Shown here piece by piece: positions 13,321-25,375 of a stretch of DNA of 64,000 nt (position 1 is its first letter; every line of letters begins with the position of its first letter). This stretch comes from Octopus bimaculoides (Eukaryota): contig NC_068990.1 in assembly GCF_001194135.2 (NCBI RefSeq), positions 53,065,140-53,129,139 on the forward strand. Direction: 5' to 3'. The notes beneath the pieces are model-generated. The model saw nothing but the letters and a program-made list of their open reading frames with translations, was not told the origin of the DNA and made no database searches. The position numbers were made by a program, and so were the translations under genes.

Positions 13321-13675
13321 AACAAGAGGTGATTAAAAATTCAAAATTTCAGAAATTTAAACGTAAACTATGAATGTATGAATGTATGAGGAGAAATATA
13401 TTTGCGGGTTATTAACATCACGCCCTGGAGGAATGAATAAGATGACAGGAGAATATCATCAAATTTATACAAAACTGTTTGATTGAATATTCTTCTTTCT
13501 CTCTTTTTCTTTCTTTTTTTCTTTCGTCTTCCTTTTTCTATTTTTTCTTTCTTTCCGTCTGTTATAAAACTTAAAAACTGATGATGTCATTCCATCAACG
13601 TATGGACGCTGGTTACTCTCGTTCATAGTTTACGTTTAAATTTCTGATATTTTGAATTTTTAATCACCTCTTGTT

Positions 13676-13718
13676 TTGAACTTGACAAAGACAGACGTAC
13701 TGTCGAAATATTGTTCAA
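13676..13718 (+). ncRNA. Minimal type I hammerhead ribozyme, U3-A8 variant
   Basis: Stem I TTGAAC/GTTCAA, core TTGACAA, extra A, stem II GACAG/CTGTC, GAAA, palindromic AATATT. Predicted cleavage after AUU (13712). Confidence 0.72.
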
Positions 13719-13802
13719 CGAATAAAATACCTATTCAATCGAATCGCGCTCTTCGTCTTGACTATTTACCTTCGTGAAGAGTTATGTCAATCCTTTTTAA
13801 AA

Positions 13803-13847
<45 letters not shown>

Positions 13848-13851
<4 letters not shown>

Positions 13852-14080
13852 GTGTTGAGCTGGTAGACTTGTCAGCATGTCAAGCAAAATGCTCTGTTGT
13901 ATTTTGTTTGCCTTTATGTTCAGGGTTTAAATTTTGCTGAGGTCCACTTTGTCATTCATTCTTTTGGGGTCAATAAAATAAGTTCCAGTTGGGCACTGGA
14001 GTTGATGTCATTGACTTGTTCCCTCTCCATAAAATTGCTGACCTTCTGCCCAAATTTGAAACTATTATTATTATTATTTT
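13848..14080 (+). mobile_element. SINE family A
   Basis: GAGCTGGTAGAC head, conserved body, (ATT)n tail. Confidence 0.7.
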
Positions 14081-14084
14081 CCAG

Positions 14085-15290
14085 CAGTTTTAGTTTTATT
14101 ATGTGCTTTCACTGCACTGACACATGTAGCTCTGTGTTTCTTAGGTACGTGCTGGGGTTTGTTTTAGTGTTGTTATTTCTACCGTATTGAAAGTGTTTTA
14201 TGTAGGATGTGTACAGTGCCCCTAGCAGTGCTATTTTCTGTATGTTATATATATTCATAAGTCTTGATGTTTTGGTTATGTATTTGTCTGTATATTTTTA
14301 ACCACACCTAGTTGCGCCTATTATTGTAGGGATTATTTCTGTCTTCAGACTCCACATTGAGTTTATCTCTACTTCCAGATCTTTGTCTTTCAAGAGTTTT
14401 TCCGTTTCTTTTAGAGATACATTGTCATCTGTTGGGGACTGCTGTGTCAATGAGAAGGCATTGCTTTTCTTGGTAGTCTCTGACAACAATATCTGTCCTA
14501 TTAGCCTTGATCACTCTGTGTGTGCTGGCATATCCCAGAGTATGGTTGCTTTGTAATTTCCTGAGGCCTTTTTTGAGCTATGCTTGCACCATTTTTTCTT
14601 GTCATTCCATAGTGCTGACACAGCTTTGTCATGCCTGTGGCTGTATTTCTTCTTGATCAGGACTGGACAACCAGAAACAGTATGATTTATTGTTTTTTCC
14701 CCATCACTGCTTTTTCTACAGTTATTGTATTTTTTTTTCATTATATATTTTTGGTGGTTTCTGGCGGGGTGGCTTTGATCATGTGTTGCTATTAAAATTT
14801 CTTTCCTGTTTAATTTATCCTAGGATTTACCATGTAAGGGCTTTTCTTGCAATTGTTTTATCATGATATTTTGTAGTTCCAGTTTTAGCTTTGATTTTAG
14901 TTGCTTTATAGCTTTTGATGTTTCTCCTTTTTCTTCATATTTGTAGGTATTATGAACTTTCCCTTTTATTTTTTGACTTCCTTGAAGGCAGAAAACAGTT
15001 TTCTTGTTTTGCTCATGCTTTGTGGTTATTTGTATCAGCTTTCCTTGGTTCTGAGTTAGATATTTCTGTAGTCCTATGGTGGATATTCTATAATAGTTTT
15101 CTAGCTGTATAAGGCCTTCATTACCTTTAATTTGTTGTTTATATAACCTTTCTGTGTTATATTTTGGGTGGTGTATTGTAAATTCTGTCATTGTTTTTCT
15201 TGTTTTCCAGGCTAGTTTGGTTAGTTCACTTAACATCCAGTTAAGAATATTGTAACTGTAACTTATACCTGGGTCAACTAGTGTATCTTA
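14085..15290 (-). mobile_element. R4/Dong-like non-LTR retrotransposon 3' fragment (zinc knuckle and RLE endonuclease), decayed
   Basis: Peptides EKPLHGK, TINHTVSGCPVL..YSHRHDK, ILWDMP, KETEKLLK.KDLEVEI..MW, IQKIALLG. Confidence 0.8.
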
Positions 15291-15565
15291 TTTCTCACAT
15301 TCAGATCTGTATTATTTTAAGTATCATTCTAATTTGTCAATTTTTTTCTATATTCATTTCTCACTTTTGTGTGTTGCACTGTATTTATTTCATCAATTAT
15401 TATTATTGTACAACAGATTAAACTATTAAAAAAAAAAAAGAATTCCTAACAGCAGGTTACAACAAGTAACCTTAGATGCCAAGAACCTTTGACAATGTTG
15501 CACTTAACTAGGTTTATGCCTATTTCCTCTATCCATCAGTTTACATCTTAAGGCATATTTCCTAA

Positions 15566-16599
15566 CTAGCAAATCTACCCATCTACGATGAAGGCATAAA
15601 ATGAGGGAGGGAAGTCATAACAGCAGTATGTATCGCGAGATATGTAAATGGACTTGATAGATTACTGTGTAGTGTCTTAGAGAAATCACATTATTGTTGG
15701 TGATACAGCAGTCTATTGTAGCCAAATGATATGTGTTTGCGACTAAGTGATATGTGATGTCGAGTCACTCCCGAACTGAAATAGGCTCCCAGCCTCTGTA
15801 TCATGAATTGTTATGTGGACCACTCCTAACAAAAATCAGACTTCCTTTAACCACTACATAAAAAATATTAGGAAAAAATATTATTTAGATATACTTTCAA
15901 TATGATTACAAAACTTCTTTGTGGATGATATTTTCTGTTTGGTTGGCACTAATTTTTAAATTACTGAAGTTTGTTGTTCTATTCATAGCGATGTATAACT
16001 GGCTGTGTGTAAACATTGGTGTGGGTAAAAATACACCTATACGATCTAAAGTCTGGCCCTGTGCCTTGTTTACTGTGTATGTGTGAGCAGAATCTTTAGG
16101 GTTGCAAAAAATCAAGCTAAGACTTACCTCTCACTCTTCTATGTGAATAATGTCTGGATGTTCTGGTATCATGGGTTATTTGGATTGACAAAACTGAGAA
16201 GTAAACAACAACCACTTCAATTAGCTGTTTTGAATCTGACACTTCAATAACCATTAAATAATCACACACACTATATACTGATGCACACTTTTTCCATTTT
16301 ATTTTCGCTATTAACCATCCTCACAAACTCCTTTGTATCTACAATGGGGTCACAAACTGTACAATGAAAATCCAGAGTTACTCTTGGTCGGTGAATTTTT
16401 AATAAAAATGCGAAGGTGGTTTATCAATTCAAAAATCAATATCCACAGAATAATCATGCGTTCTGATTTTTTAATGCCAAAAACCTTCCTAACGACCATC
16501 TTTGTAATCCCCCAAAATATCATAACTATTGGTCCAACCATCTGGCCGTGAGGAGGGAATATGGACAGACAGATGGACATAATGCCCATTGTAGTAAGA
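15566..16599 (-). mobile_element. Non-autonomous Helitron, unit 1, with helicase remnant (15906-16115)
   Basis: On the minus strand: TC start at 16599, 3' CTAG at 15569-15566 preceded by a CCCATC/GATG hairpin. Peptide YTVNKAQGQTLDRIGVFLPTPMFTHSQLYIAMNR. Confidence 0.75.
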
Positions 16600-16965
16600 T
16601 AGCAAATCTGCTCATCTATGATGGGAAATAAAGGGATAGTATCGCAAATTGAAAGCCTCTAAATTCACGAACTATACGCAGAGAAATCCAGAGTTAATCC
16701 TTGTCGCTGGTATTTTGGAGCCACAAACTGTACAATGAAAATCCAGAATTACTCTTGGTTGACGAATTTTTAATAAAAATGCAAAGGTGGTTTATCAATT
16801 CAAAAATCAGTATCCATTAAATAATCATACTTTTTCACATTGTTTTCACTAAAAACTTTCCTGATTACCTCTTTTGTAATCCCCCAAAATAGCGTGACCA
16901 TTGGCTCAGCTGTTTGACTGTGAAGTGAGAACAGACTGACGAACATAACACCCATTATAGTATGA
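16600..16965 (-). mobile_element. Non-autonomous Helitron, unit 2 (deleted derivative, tandem with unit 1)
   Basis: Both termini and about 240 bp are shared with unit 1 (16342-16599 vs 16720-16965). Confidence 0.7.
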
Positions 16966-17078
16966 TGTACCTATAACTACAGGGATAGTTTTCCATAGCC
17001 TCTATTACTCAATGGCTAGGTCCTGGTACTTTGCTATTTTCTTTACACCTCTCATATTCACTTTCTCATCATTTGGGA

Positions 17079-17545
17079 TTATTCTTTTATTCTTTTACAT
17101 GTTTCAGTCATTTGATTGTGGCCATATTAGAGCACTGCATTAAAAGGTTATAGTCGAAGAAATTGACCCCAGGACTTATTCTTTGTAAGCCTAGTACTTT
17201 TCTATTTGTCTCTTTGCTGATCTGCTAAGTTTTGGGGACATAAACATTGGTTGTCAAGCGATGGTGGGGTGGGGGACAAACGCAGACAGAAAGACACGTG
17301 TACATAAATATATATATACATATGTATATACATGACAGGCTTCTTTCAGTTTCCGTCTACCAAATCCACTCTCAAGGCTTTGGTTGGCTAAGGCTATAGT
17401 AGAAAACAATTGCTCAAGGTGTCACATAGTGAGACTGAACCTAGCGTGACCCCTTGGGCAAGTGTCTTCTACTATAGCCTCAGGCCTACCAAAGCTTTGT
17501 GAGTGGATTTGGTAGACAGAAACTGAAAGAAGCCTGTCGTGTATG
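17079..17545 (-). mobile_element. SINE family B with a fold-back partial plus-strand copy
   Basis: Minus copy 17079-17445 and plus copy 17446-17545. Inverted arms at 17332-17419 and 17452-17540. Confidence 0.75.
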
Positions 17546-17557
17546 ATTGTGTAGTTG

Positions 17558-17592
<35 letters not shown>

Positions 17593-17599
17593 CATTATT

Positions 17600-20445
17600 T
17601 ACTTTTTATCTACATGTTTCTTACAATCACTAGCTGAGACACACCCAGCATCCTAGGGTGAGTGAAGGATAAGAGATGTTGCAGAATTACTGAAAGCTTG
17701 GGGAGAGGAAATGTCAGGGGCAGTAGCAAAATATCTTCATGTAATACAACATAGACATTTAAATTGATAGGGTTTTTCTAAGGATCGGGCAGTACTTGTC
17801 AGCACAATCTTTTGGATTTCTCTGAGACATGGTTCTCCTGGGACATTATCTAGATGTTTCTGACATCTATTTCTTATCATACCTAGAGTACCCTCAATAA
17901 CAGGAACAATTCTTGCTTTAAGATGCCACATATTTTGTATTTCAATTTCCAGGTCCTTATGTTTATTTAATTTAATCCTTTACGGATATATTTTTATCAG
18001 CAGGACCACTTACATCTATTAGTCTACGAGTATATTCTTCCATATCTTTAATGACCATGTCTGGTCGATTAGCCTGGATCGTTCTATTGGTGTTGACTGG
18101 AAAATCCCAGAGGATAATGACATTTTTACCTTCAACAACTGTTTCAGGATAATGTTCATACCAGTAAGCAGAAGTGCTGATTTTGTAGTGTTTATGTATT
18201 TTCCAGTGTAAATACTGCCCTAACCTATTGTAGCAGCTTTTGTATTCATTTGGTGTCAGCACAGGACATCCTTAGACGAGATGATCTATTGTTTCATCAA
18301 ATGTATCACAGAATCTGTATTTAGGGTCAGAACTGTTTTGAAGAATGTTAGCCTGGTAGTTTTTGGTAAGCAAGCTTTGTCTTGTGCAGCTAATATGAAA
18401 CCTTCAGTCTCTACTTTCAGACCTGAGTTTCTCAGCTACTGATTGGTTGTTGCTTGGTCTACATGAGCATTTTGACTTTGAAGTATATACTGTCCATGCA
18501 GAGGTTTCTGGCACCATCACTCCTCAATTTGTTTCTGCCTATTCTTCTTTGAAGTCTGTTTGATCTGTTTTCCTTTTTTTGTGGCAGTGGTTTCGGGTTC
18601 TTCATCTAATTCAGTGTTAATGCTGAGTTCTCTTGTGAATTTGCAAGCTTTCTTGGCAGTAGAATGTGTTTTGTTGCTGCTTTCATGTTTGCACACAAGC
18701 TGCAGCATCCAGTCCTCTGTACTAGATAGGTACTTGTTCATTGCTATTGTGGAGGACTTACAGCACAGTTCTACCTGCATCATCCCTCTTCTCCCATTAC
18801 TTCTAGGTAGGTACAAATGATGAATGTCTGATTTTAGGTGGTACATATTCTTAGATGTTAGAAGTTTTCTCGTCTTTCTATCCAGGTGTTGGAGCTCTGT
18901 AAGATTCTAGTTAATGATGTTAAAACTGTGTTAGACTACTGGAAGTGCTAGGGTGTTAATGGCTTTGATGCAATTTTTGGAGTTGAGTTCAATTTTTAGT
19001 ATGAGTCTTACTCTCCTGTAATACTCCTTTCTTAGTTTGTATATTGTATACCATATCCTTTGTTTATCCCTAGATATTTATAGCTTTCTTGTGGGTCAAG
19101 TTCCTTGGTGGTAGTGTCAGTATCTAATTTAATGGAAGTTGTTTGCTTGAGTTTGCCTCTTACAAAAGTTGCTTTAGCACACTTATCAAGGCCAAGCTTC
19201 ATCCCAATGCCATTGCTGAACTCTTTGACATTTGTTAACAGCCCTACTAGCTCTTCGTCATTTTTAGCAAATAGCTTCAGATCATCTGTATAAAGCAGAT
19301 GGTTTACTATAATATTATACACTTTGAACCCATACCGGATGTTACTCAGTTGGTTTGAGAGTGGAATCAATGCCATGCAAAAGAGTAATGGGGAGAGGGA
19401 GCCACCTTGAAAGATGCCTTGTTTGATGTTGATGTTGTTAGATTGGCTTATCCCATTACTATGGTGTAGAAAGAAACATGTATTCCACTTGGCCATGCTA
19501 CCTTGTAAGAATCTGGAGATGACAGGAGAGGTCTTACATATCTCAAGGGCCTTGAGTAGCGAATTATGTGGGACACTATCAAATGCTTTCCTATCGTCTA
19601 TCCATGCCATACTCCGGTTCTACTTTTTGCTCTGGCAATTCTCTACAATCATTTTATTTATGAGTAACTGATCTTTCCATCCATAAGAATTCCTTTTACA
19701 AACACGTTATTGGTCAGTAGTTCTTTGGATTTTTCGTGTCTTCAGTTTTTGGTAGAAGGTATGTTGTTCCTTTGGTCAGCCAGCTCTAGGTTCTGGATGG
19801 CATCAGTTAGAGATGCAGCAAAATGTTGGTGTACTTCTGTCAAACAATTCAGCCAGACGTTAGGGATCTGGTCCAGTCCTGAGGTTTTCCATTTGGGAGA
19901 CTTTCTAAAAACACATCTTAGCTCTTCTATTCCTATTGCCTCCCATTTCTGCTTTTCAACTTCATCCAGTCTCACTTTCTCACATTCTATCAAGTGAGCT
20001 TCAGCATTATATTCTTTTTTGTTGCTCCATATCTTCTTCCAGAACTCTTCCATTTCCTCAGTCTTGGGTGGCTCCTTTACTTCTATCTCGCTTTTGCCAA
20101 TTTCCTTATAAAGTTTTTTTGCATCTATCTTTACCTTGTTTTGTCAATAAAATTTGATTCTTTTGTCATACCCACTGAGCTGTTGGGCTTTCAGTTGTAT
20201 TCATTGTTTTACTATTTCCTTGGTTGCAGGGAGGTTTATAAAATCTTTGATTTTATATTTTTGCTTAATTTTTCTGGCTCGTTTCATCTTAATATTTACT
20301 CCTCTAGCAAGTTCATCAAGAACTGATACATCTGTCCACAGACATTTGATCTCTTTTTGTATTGCTGCTTTCTACTTAGGAGGTCTATTGACATGATTGG
20401 TCCTTTTCTGTGTCGTCCTGGGGACTGCACCTTGCCTTTTTTATC
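17600..20445 (-). mobile_element. R4/Dong-like LINE, 5'-truncated, decayed RT, zinc knuckle and RLE
   Basis: Peptides AWID.RKAFDSVPH, GIFQGGSLSPLLF, LLYTDDLKLFAK, YKYLG, HHLYLPRSNGRRG, ILWDFPVNTNRTIQANRPD. Confidence 0.92.
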
Positions 20446-20449
20446 GATA

Positions 20450-21790
20450 GATTATTTCACACTTCTTGAGTCTGAATTTCCATTCTAATATCAGCACTAA
20501 AACAGTGGACCATGTTCATCAAGAAACTCACTTGTGTCTTATCCTTGCCATACATTTTCAGATTATCCATACAGAGGAGGTGATTGATTGTATGGGATTT
20601 TTTTTTTTTAGCTGATATTCCCAGGTTCATTTTCCTAAGTACCAAGGCCAGAGGATGATGCAGAGAAAAAAAAAAGCAATGGAGATAAGCTATCACCTTG
20701 GAAAATTCCTCTTATGATGCCCAGGGTGCCCAGGCTTTTTCCATAGGATGTCAGTTCAGTTTTCTACGTCACCATACTTCTCTTCAGAAAACATGTTACA
20801 TTCCTTGCAATTCCAAATAGATCTAAGCACTTGATAAACCATGAATGTGGAATCATATCATAAGCTTTTGACAGCCAATCCAGGCCATTCCCAATTTCTT
20901 CATGTACAATCTTGCATTACCATTTTGTCTATCAATAATTGATCTTTGGTACCTCTGCATCTCCTACAGCTTGTTTGTTCTATTGGTAACAAATCGTTCT
21001 CATCAAGAAATTTGTATAATTCTGCAATTCCTCCTGACAGTGATTTCCACATTAATGAGAAGCAAAAAATTGGCTTGTAATTGTCAGCAGCATTTCCTTT
21101 TGATGCATCCTTCAGACACAACACTGTTTGTCCTTTTGTCAACCAGCCCTGAATTTCTTCTCCATCAATCAATGCATTATATTGCTCTGCTATCAATTTA
21201 CGGCATCTACTGAACTTTTTTTTAATCCAAAATCCCTGTACACCATCAGGTCCTGCTACTTTCCAGTTGCTTGTCTTTTTACTCATATTTCTGATACTGT
21301 CTTCTGTGAAGTGGATAACCTTTTGCTGGGGATAAGAAGTTGTTTGCTTCAGGCTGCAGTGCAATTCAGCTGCAGTATTATGTTGTTCTTGCTTTCTCCA
21401 TATCTGTTGACTTTCGTCATCACTAGAAACTAATCTTTCATGTTCTTTATCATCATTAGTCTCTTGATAAAATTTTTTTTGGTTGGTTCTAAACAATTTG
21501 TTTTGCTGGTATTGCTTAATCCATTGTTCAAACCTAGTTAGCTTTGCTTTTTTGGCAAGTATGCACTGCTTCAATTCTTTGATTACAACAGTCAAACCTT
21601 TTGTATCTATCTACATCATGCTTCTTCCTCATTTTTTTTCAAATTTGTGATTATTCTTCAATACTCCATTTCTTTTCCTGACAAGTATTGACACTGCACT
21701 GTTCAGGGAGTTTATATCTTCTTAAATTCTCACTTTCCACTAAGGTTGTTTATTTCCTCTTCTGTCCGTTGATGTTTTGTTGTCAATTGT
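20450..21790 (-). mobile_element. Second R4/Dong-like LINE fragment (different subfamily), RT N-terminal part
   Basis: Peptides SNWKVAGPDGVQGFWIK, GTKDQLLIDKMVMQDC, INHLLCMDNLKMYGK. Confidence 0.85.
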
Positions 21791-21821
21791 TGTTATTGTT
21801 TTTTTTATTATTTTATTTAGG

Positions 21822-22229
21822 CAGTGAGCTGGCAGAATCATTAGCACACTGGGTGAAATGCTTAGCAGTATTTCGTCTGTCTTTACGTTCTGAGTTCAAA
21901 TTCTGTCACGGTCAACTTTGCCTTTCATCCTTTCGGGTTAATAAATTAAGCCCCAGTGAATCACTGGGTTTGATATAATTGACTAGTCCCCTCCCCACAA
22001 ATTTCAGATCTTGTGCCTTTAGTAGAGAGGACAGTTGTTATTATTATTATTATTATTTGACAAGCTGGCAGAATCATTAGCATACCGGGCAAGATGCTTA
22101 GAGATATTTTGTCCGTCTTCACCTTTTGAATTTAAATTCTGTCAAGGTCGACTTTGCTTTTGGGGTTGAGCACAGGGGTCAATGTAATCAACTTACACCC
22201 TTCCTCCAAGTTGCTGGCCTTGTGCTAAA

Positions 22230-22295
<66 letters not shown>

Positions 22296-22400
22296 TAAGG
22301 TTACAAGCTAGCAGAATTGTTAGCATGCATTTTGTCCAGTATGCTATATTTCATATTTCATTCATCTTCACATTCTGAGTTCAAATGTCCATAGATTGAT
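21822..22400 (+). mobile_element. Three tandem SINE family A copies separated by (ATT)n
   Basis: AGCTGGCAGAATCATTAGCA heads near 21827, 22063 and 22307. Confidence 0.8.
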
Positions 22401-22619
22401 TTGACTAACCTAATCTCTTACAAAATGTACGCCTTGTCTGCAGGAAATAATTTCTAGTCCTAGAACCCTTATTTTGCTTTAACTGGATCTTGTCTTGGTT
22501 TCTTGTTGTGTATTATGCATTCTGTATGTGTGGAGGCGGCCCTGTTCTAATTTTTATTAATTTATTACATTATATGACAAATTTATTCAATACCAGATTA
22601 CTACTGACATTAAGAGGAT

Positions 22620-22990
22620 ATAGGTGTGACTAAGAAAGTCACTTCCCAACCTCGTGTTCTTGGATTCTGTCCCACTGTGCAGTACCTTAACCAAATTTCT
22701 TCTATTATACCCCAGGTCAAGTGGATTTGGTTGATGGAAAGTGAATGGCCGTGTGTGTATATACACATACCTTTGTTTAATTTCATGGTTGTAAATGAGC
22801 TGCACTCTTGCTCAATGTTGCTTGTTTCCAGTCTTCTGTGAAAAACCTGTCTAGTCATGGGGGAAATATTACCTTATTTCGAAACAGGTGAGGATTGTTA
22901 AGAGGAAGGGTGTCTGACTGTAGAAAGTCTGTCCCTGTAAATTCCATCCAACTCATGCATGCATAGAAAAGTAGACATTAAACGATGTTG
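22620..22990 (+). mobile_element. SINE with tRNA-like head and RTE-like 3' tail
   Basis: Family-B-like head followed by a GGAAGGGTGTCTGACTGTAGAAA..GACATTAAACGATG tail. Confidence 0.6.
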
Positions 22991-22999
22991 AGGAAGATT

Positions 23000-23890
23000 G
23001 AATCTGCCTCCTTTTATCACTTTCTATTTGTAATCTCTTCCTACAAACACTTCTGCAGTATTCCCCTATACACTCTAGGCCAACCCACAACCCACTATTT
23101 CAACACATTATGGCACTCCATAAACTTTGGTTTATGACATACTCACTTACCACAGGGTGTCCAGGGTATCATACTCCAAGTAACAAGAACAACATCTCAT
23201 TCCATTTTGGAATATCATCTACCATAGGAATGAAGGGACTTTTTTTCCCTTTCATCTTTTCCTAATGCCACCTCACCCTCTTGGTGATTCTACCAGTGTA
23301 CAGTATTCAGAATGCTTTTATAAGAATACTTCAACTTATATTTTATTTCTGTTATTTACAAGGCGTTACTGGGATTAGAGATGGGCTGGTACAAAGGAGA
23401 ACCATGGATGTGGGAGGTGCACTAGAGTAGTTAGCAGTAAGAGCACTCAGGGAATGAACTATTTCAAATGCTCAGAACATTCCCTAAAAGTAGTTAATTG
23501 GTGCTGTTACTCCCAAAAGTACTCAAAAATTAGAATAAGAACAAAGTGAAACAACCTCAGTGTGGGCAATGAAGAAATTCTGTGTGAGTAAATGGAGATT
23601 GTATGATGGGGTGATTGTTGTGTACAATAACACAGAATGATGATTATGATGGGGCTGTATGTGGAGGATGTGAGAAGGTTGGTAAGGTGAAAAGTTAGTA
23701 ATGGCATAAGTATGGAAGATGGTGACTGTTGGGTAAAGAAGTTGCAAGCAATATAAGTGGTGGATGAACCTGTAGGAGAGGAAGAGCTGGCGAAGGTTGA
23801 TTTCAAGAAGCTGAATTCCACAAAAGAGATGGCAAAGAATGATAATAAATGGTGAGGGAGTCATGCAGGGTGACATTCTTCTAACTTATG
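23000..23890 (-). mobile_element. Highly decayed non-LTR retrotransposon remnant (possibly APE endonuclease region)
   Basis: Purine-rich plus strand and weak peptide resemblance only. Confidence 0.25.
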
Positions 23891-23933
23891 GAGAGTATAC
23901 AAAAGGTATAACAATGATGGAAACTTTATATAT

Positions 23934-24330
23934 AGGTGCAAGTGTGGCTGTGTGATAAGAAGCTTGCTTCCCAATCATATAGTTCTGGGTTCAGTCCCAC
24001 TGCATGGCAACTTGGGCAAGTGTCTTCTACTATAGCCTTGGGCCAACCAAAGCTTTGTGAGTAGATTTGGTGAACAGAAACTGAAAGAAACCTGTCATAT
24101 ATATATGTATATATTTGTGTGTTTGTCTCCCACACCATCGCTTGACAACTGATGTTGGTGTGTTTATGTCCCTGTAACTTAGTGGTTCGGCAAAGGTGGC
24201 CAATAGAATAAGTACTAGGCTTAGAAAGAATAAGTCCTGGGATTGATTGATTTGTTTGACTAAAATCCCTTAAGGTGGTGCTCCAGCATAGTTATGGTCA
24301 AATGACGGAAACAAGTAAAAAAGAAAGAAA
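23934..24330 (+). mobile_element. SINE family B
   Basis: Homologous to 1177-1596. Confidence 0.85.
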
Positions 24331-24664
24331 AAAATGTGTGTTTGTGGCATCTAAATTCATAATTTTCTCTCTACAAGAAAACATAAAATAAAAATTAAAT
24401 TTCTCTGTCTGGTGACTAAAATTTGAAAACTGTAGATTTGTCTTGTTTTATTAAATTAAGAATCAAAACCAGTAGTAGAAGTGACACTGAATTACAAACA
24501 TACACAAGAAAAATTGAATATATTAATATGATTGTTTGGCTTTTATTAGATTTACTCTATGAGATCTACTAAAATATATGGAATGAAATTTTGAAAATTT
24601 TCTGTTTATTCTAAGAAACAGTAAACTGATATACTTGATGTTTGTATAATTTAATTAGAGACTA

Positions 24665-25277
24665 TTAAGTATTTTTTTAAAACCTGTGCTGGAGTTAGTT
24701 GATAAAATCAACTATTCACCTACCTTGCAAATGTATGGCTTTGTGCCAACATTAGAAAGGATTATTACTATTATTATTATTATTATTATTATTCAGGTGG
24801 CAAACTGGCAGAATTGTTAGCATGCTGGGCAAACTGCTTAGTGGCATTTTGTCCGTCTTTACATTCTGAGTTCAAATTCCGCTAAGGTCATCTTTGCCTT
24901 TCATCCTTTTGAGGTCGATAAAATAAGTACCATGTGAACACTGGGGTTGATGTAATTGATTCATTCCCTCCCACCAAATTGTTGCCCTTGTGGCAAAATC
25001 TGAAACCATTATCATTATCATCATCATCATCATCATCATTATTATTATTATTATTATTATTGTTGTTGTTATTAAAGCCATAGGCATTAGCATGCTGGGA
25101 AAAATGCTTAGTGGTATTTTGTCCATCATTACATTCTGAGTTCAAATTCTGCCAAGGTCCACTTTGCCTTTCATCCTGTTGGGGGTTGATAAATTAAATA
25201 CCAGTGAAACACTGGGGTTGATGTATTCAACTATCTCCTTCCTCCAAATTTTAGGTCTTGTACCTTTAGTGGAAAAA

Positions 25278-25375
<98 letters not shown>

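Larger units (their letters stand above)
13232..13801 (+). mobile_element. 5'-truncated Penelope-like element with inverted pseudo-LTR
   Basis: 143-bp inverted arms 13232-13374 and 13622-13764 with 4 mismatches. The spacer encodes YEEKYICGLLTSRPGGMN..LFD* (stop 13484-13486), resembling the E..I..L.T..P.GLN end of PLE GIY-YIG domains. A hammerhead lies in each arm, and a roughly 37-nt 3' extension follows. Confidence 0.7.

Noticed and set aside
13578-13612. Additional hammerhead starting CTGATGAT
   Set aside because: A hairpin follows but there is no GAAA or stem III.
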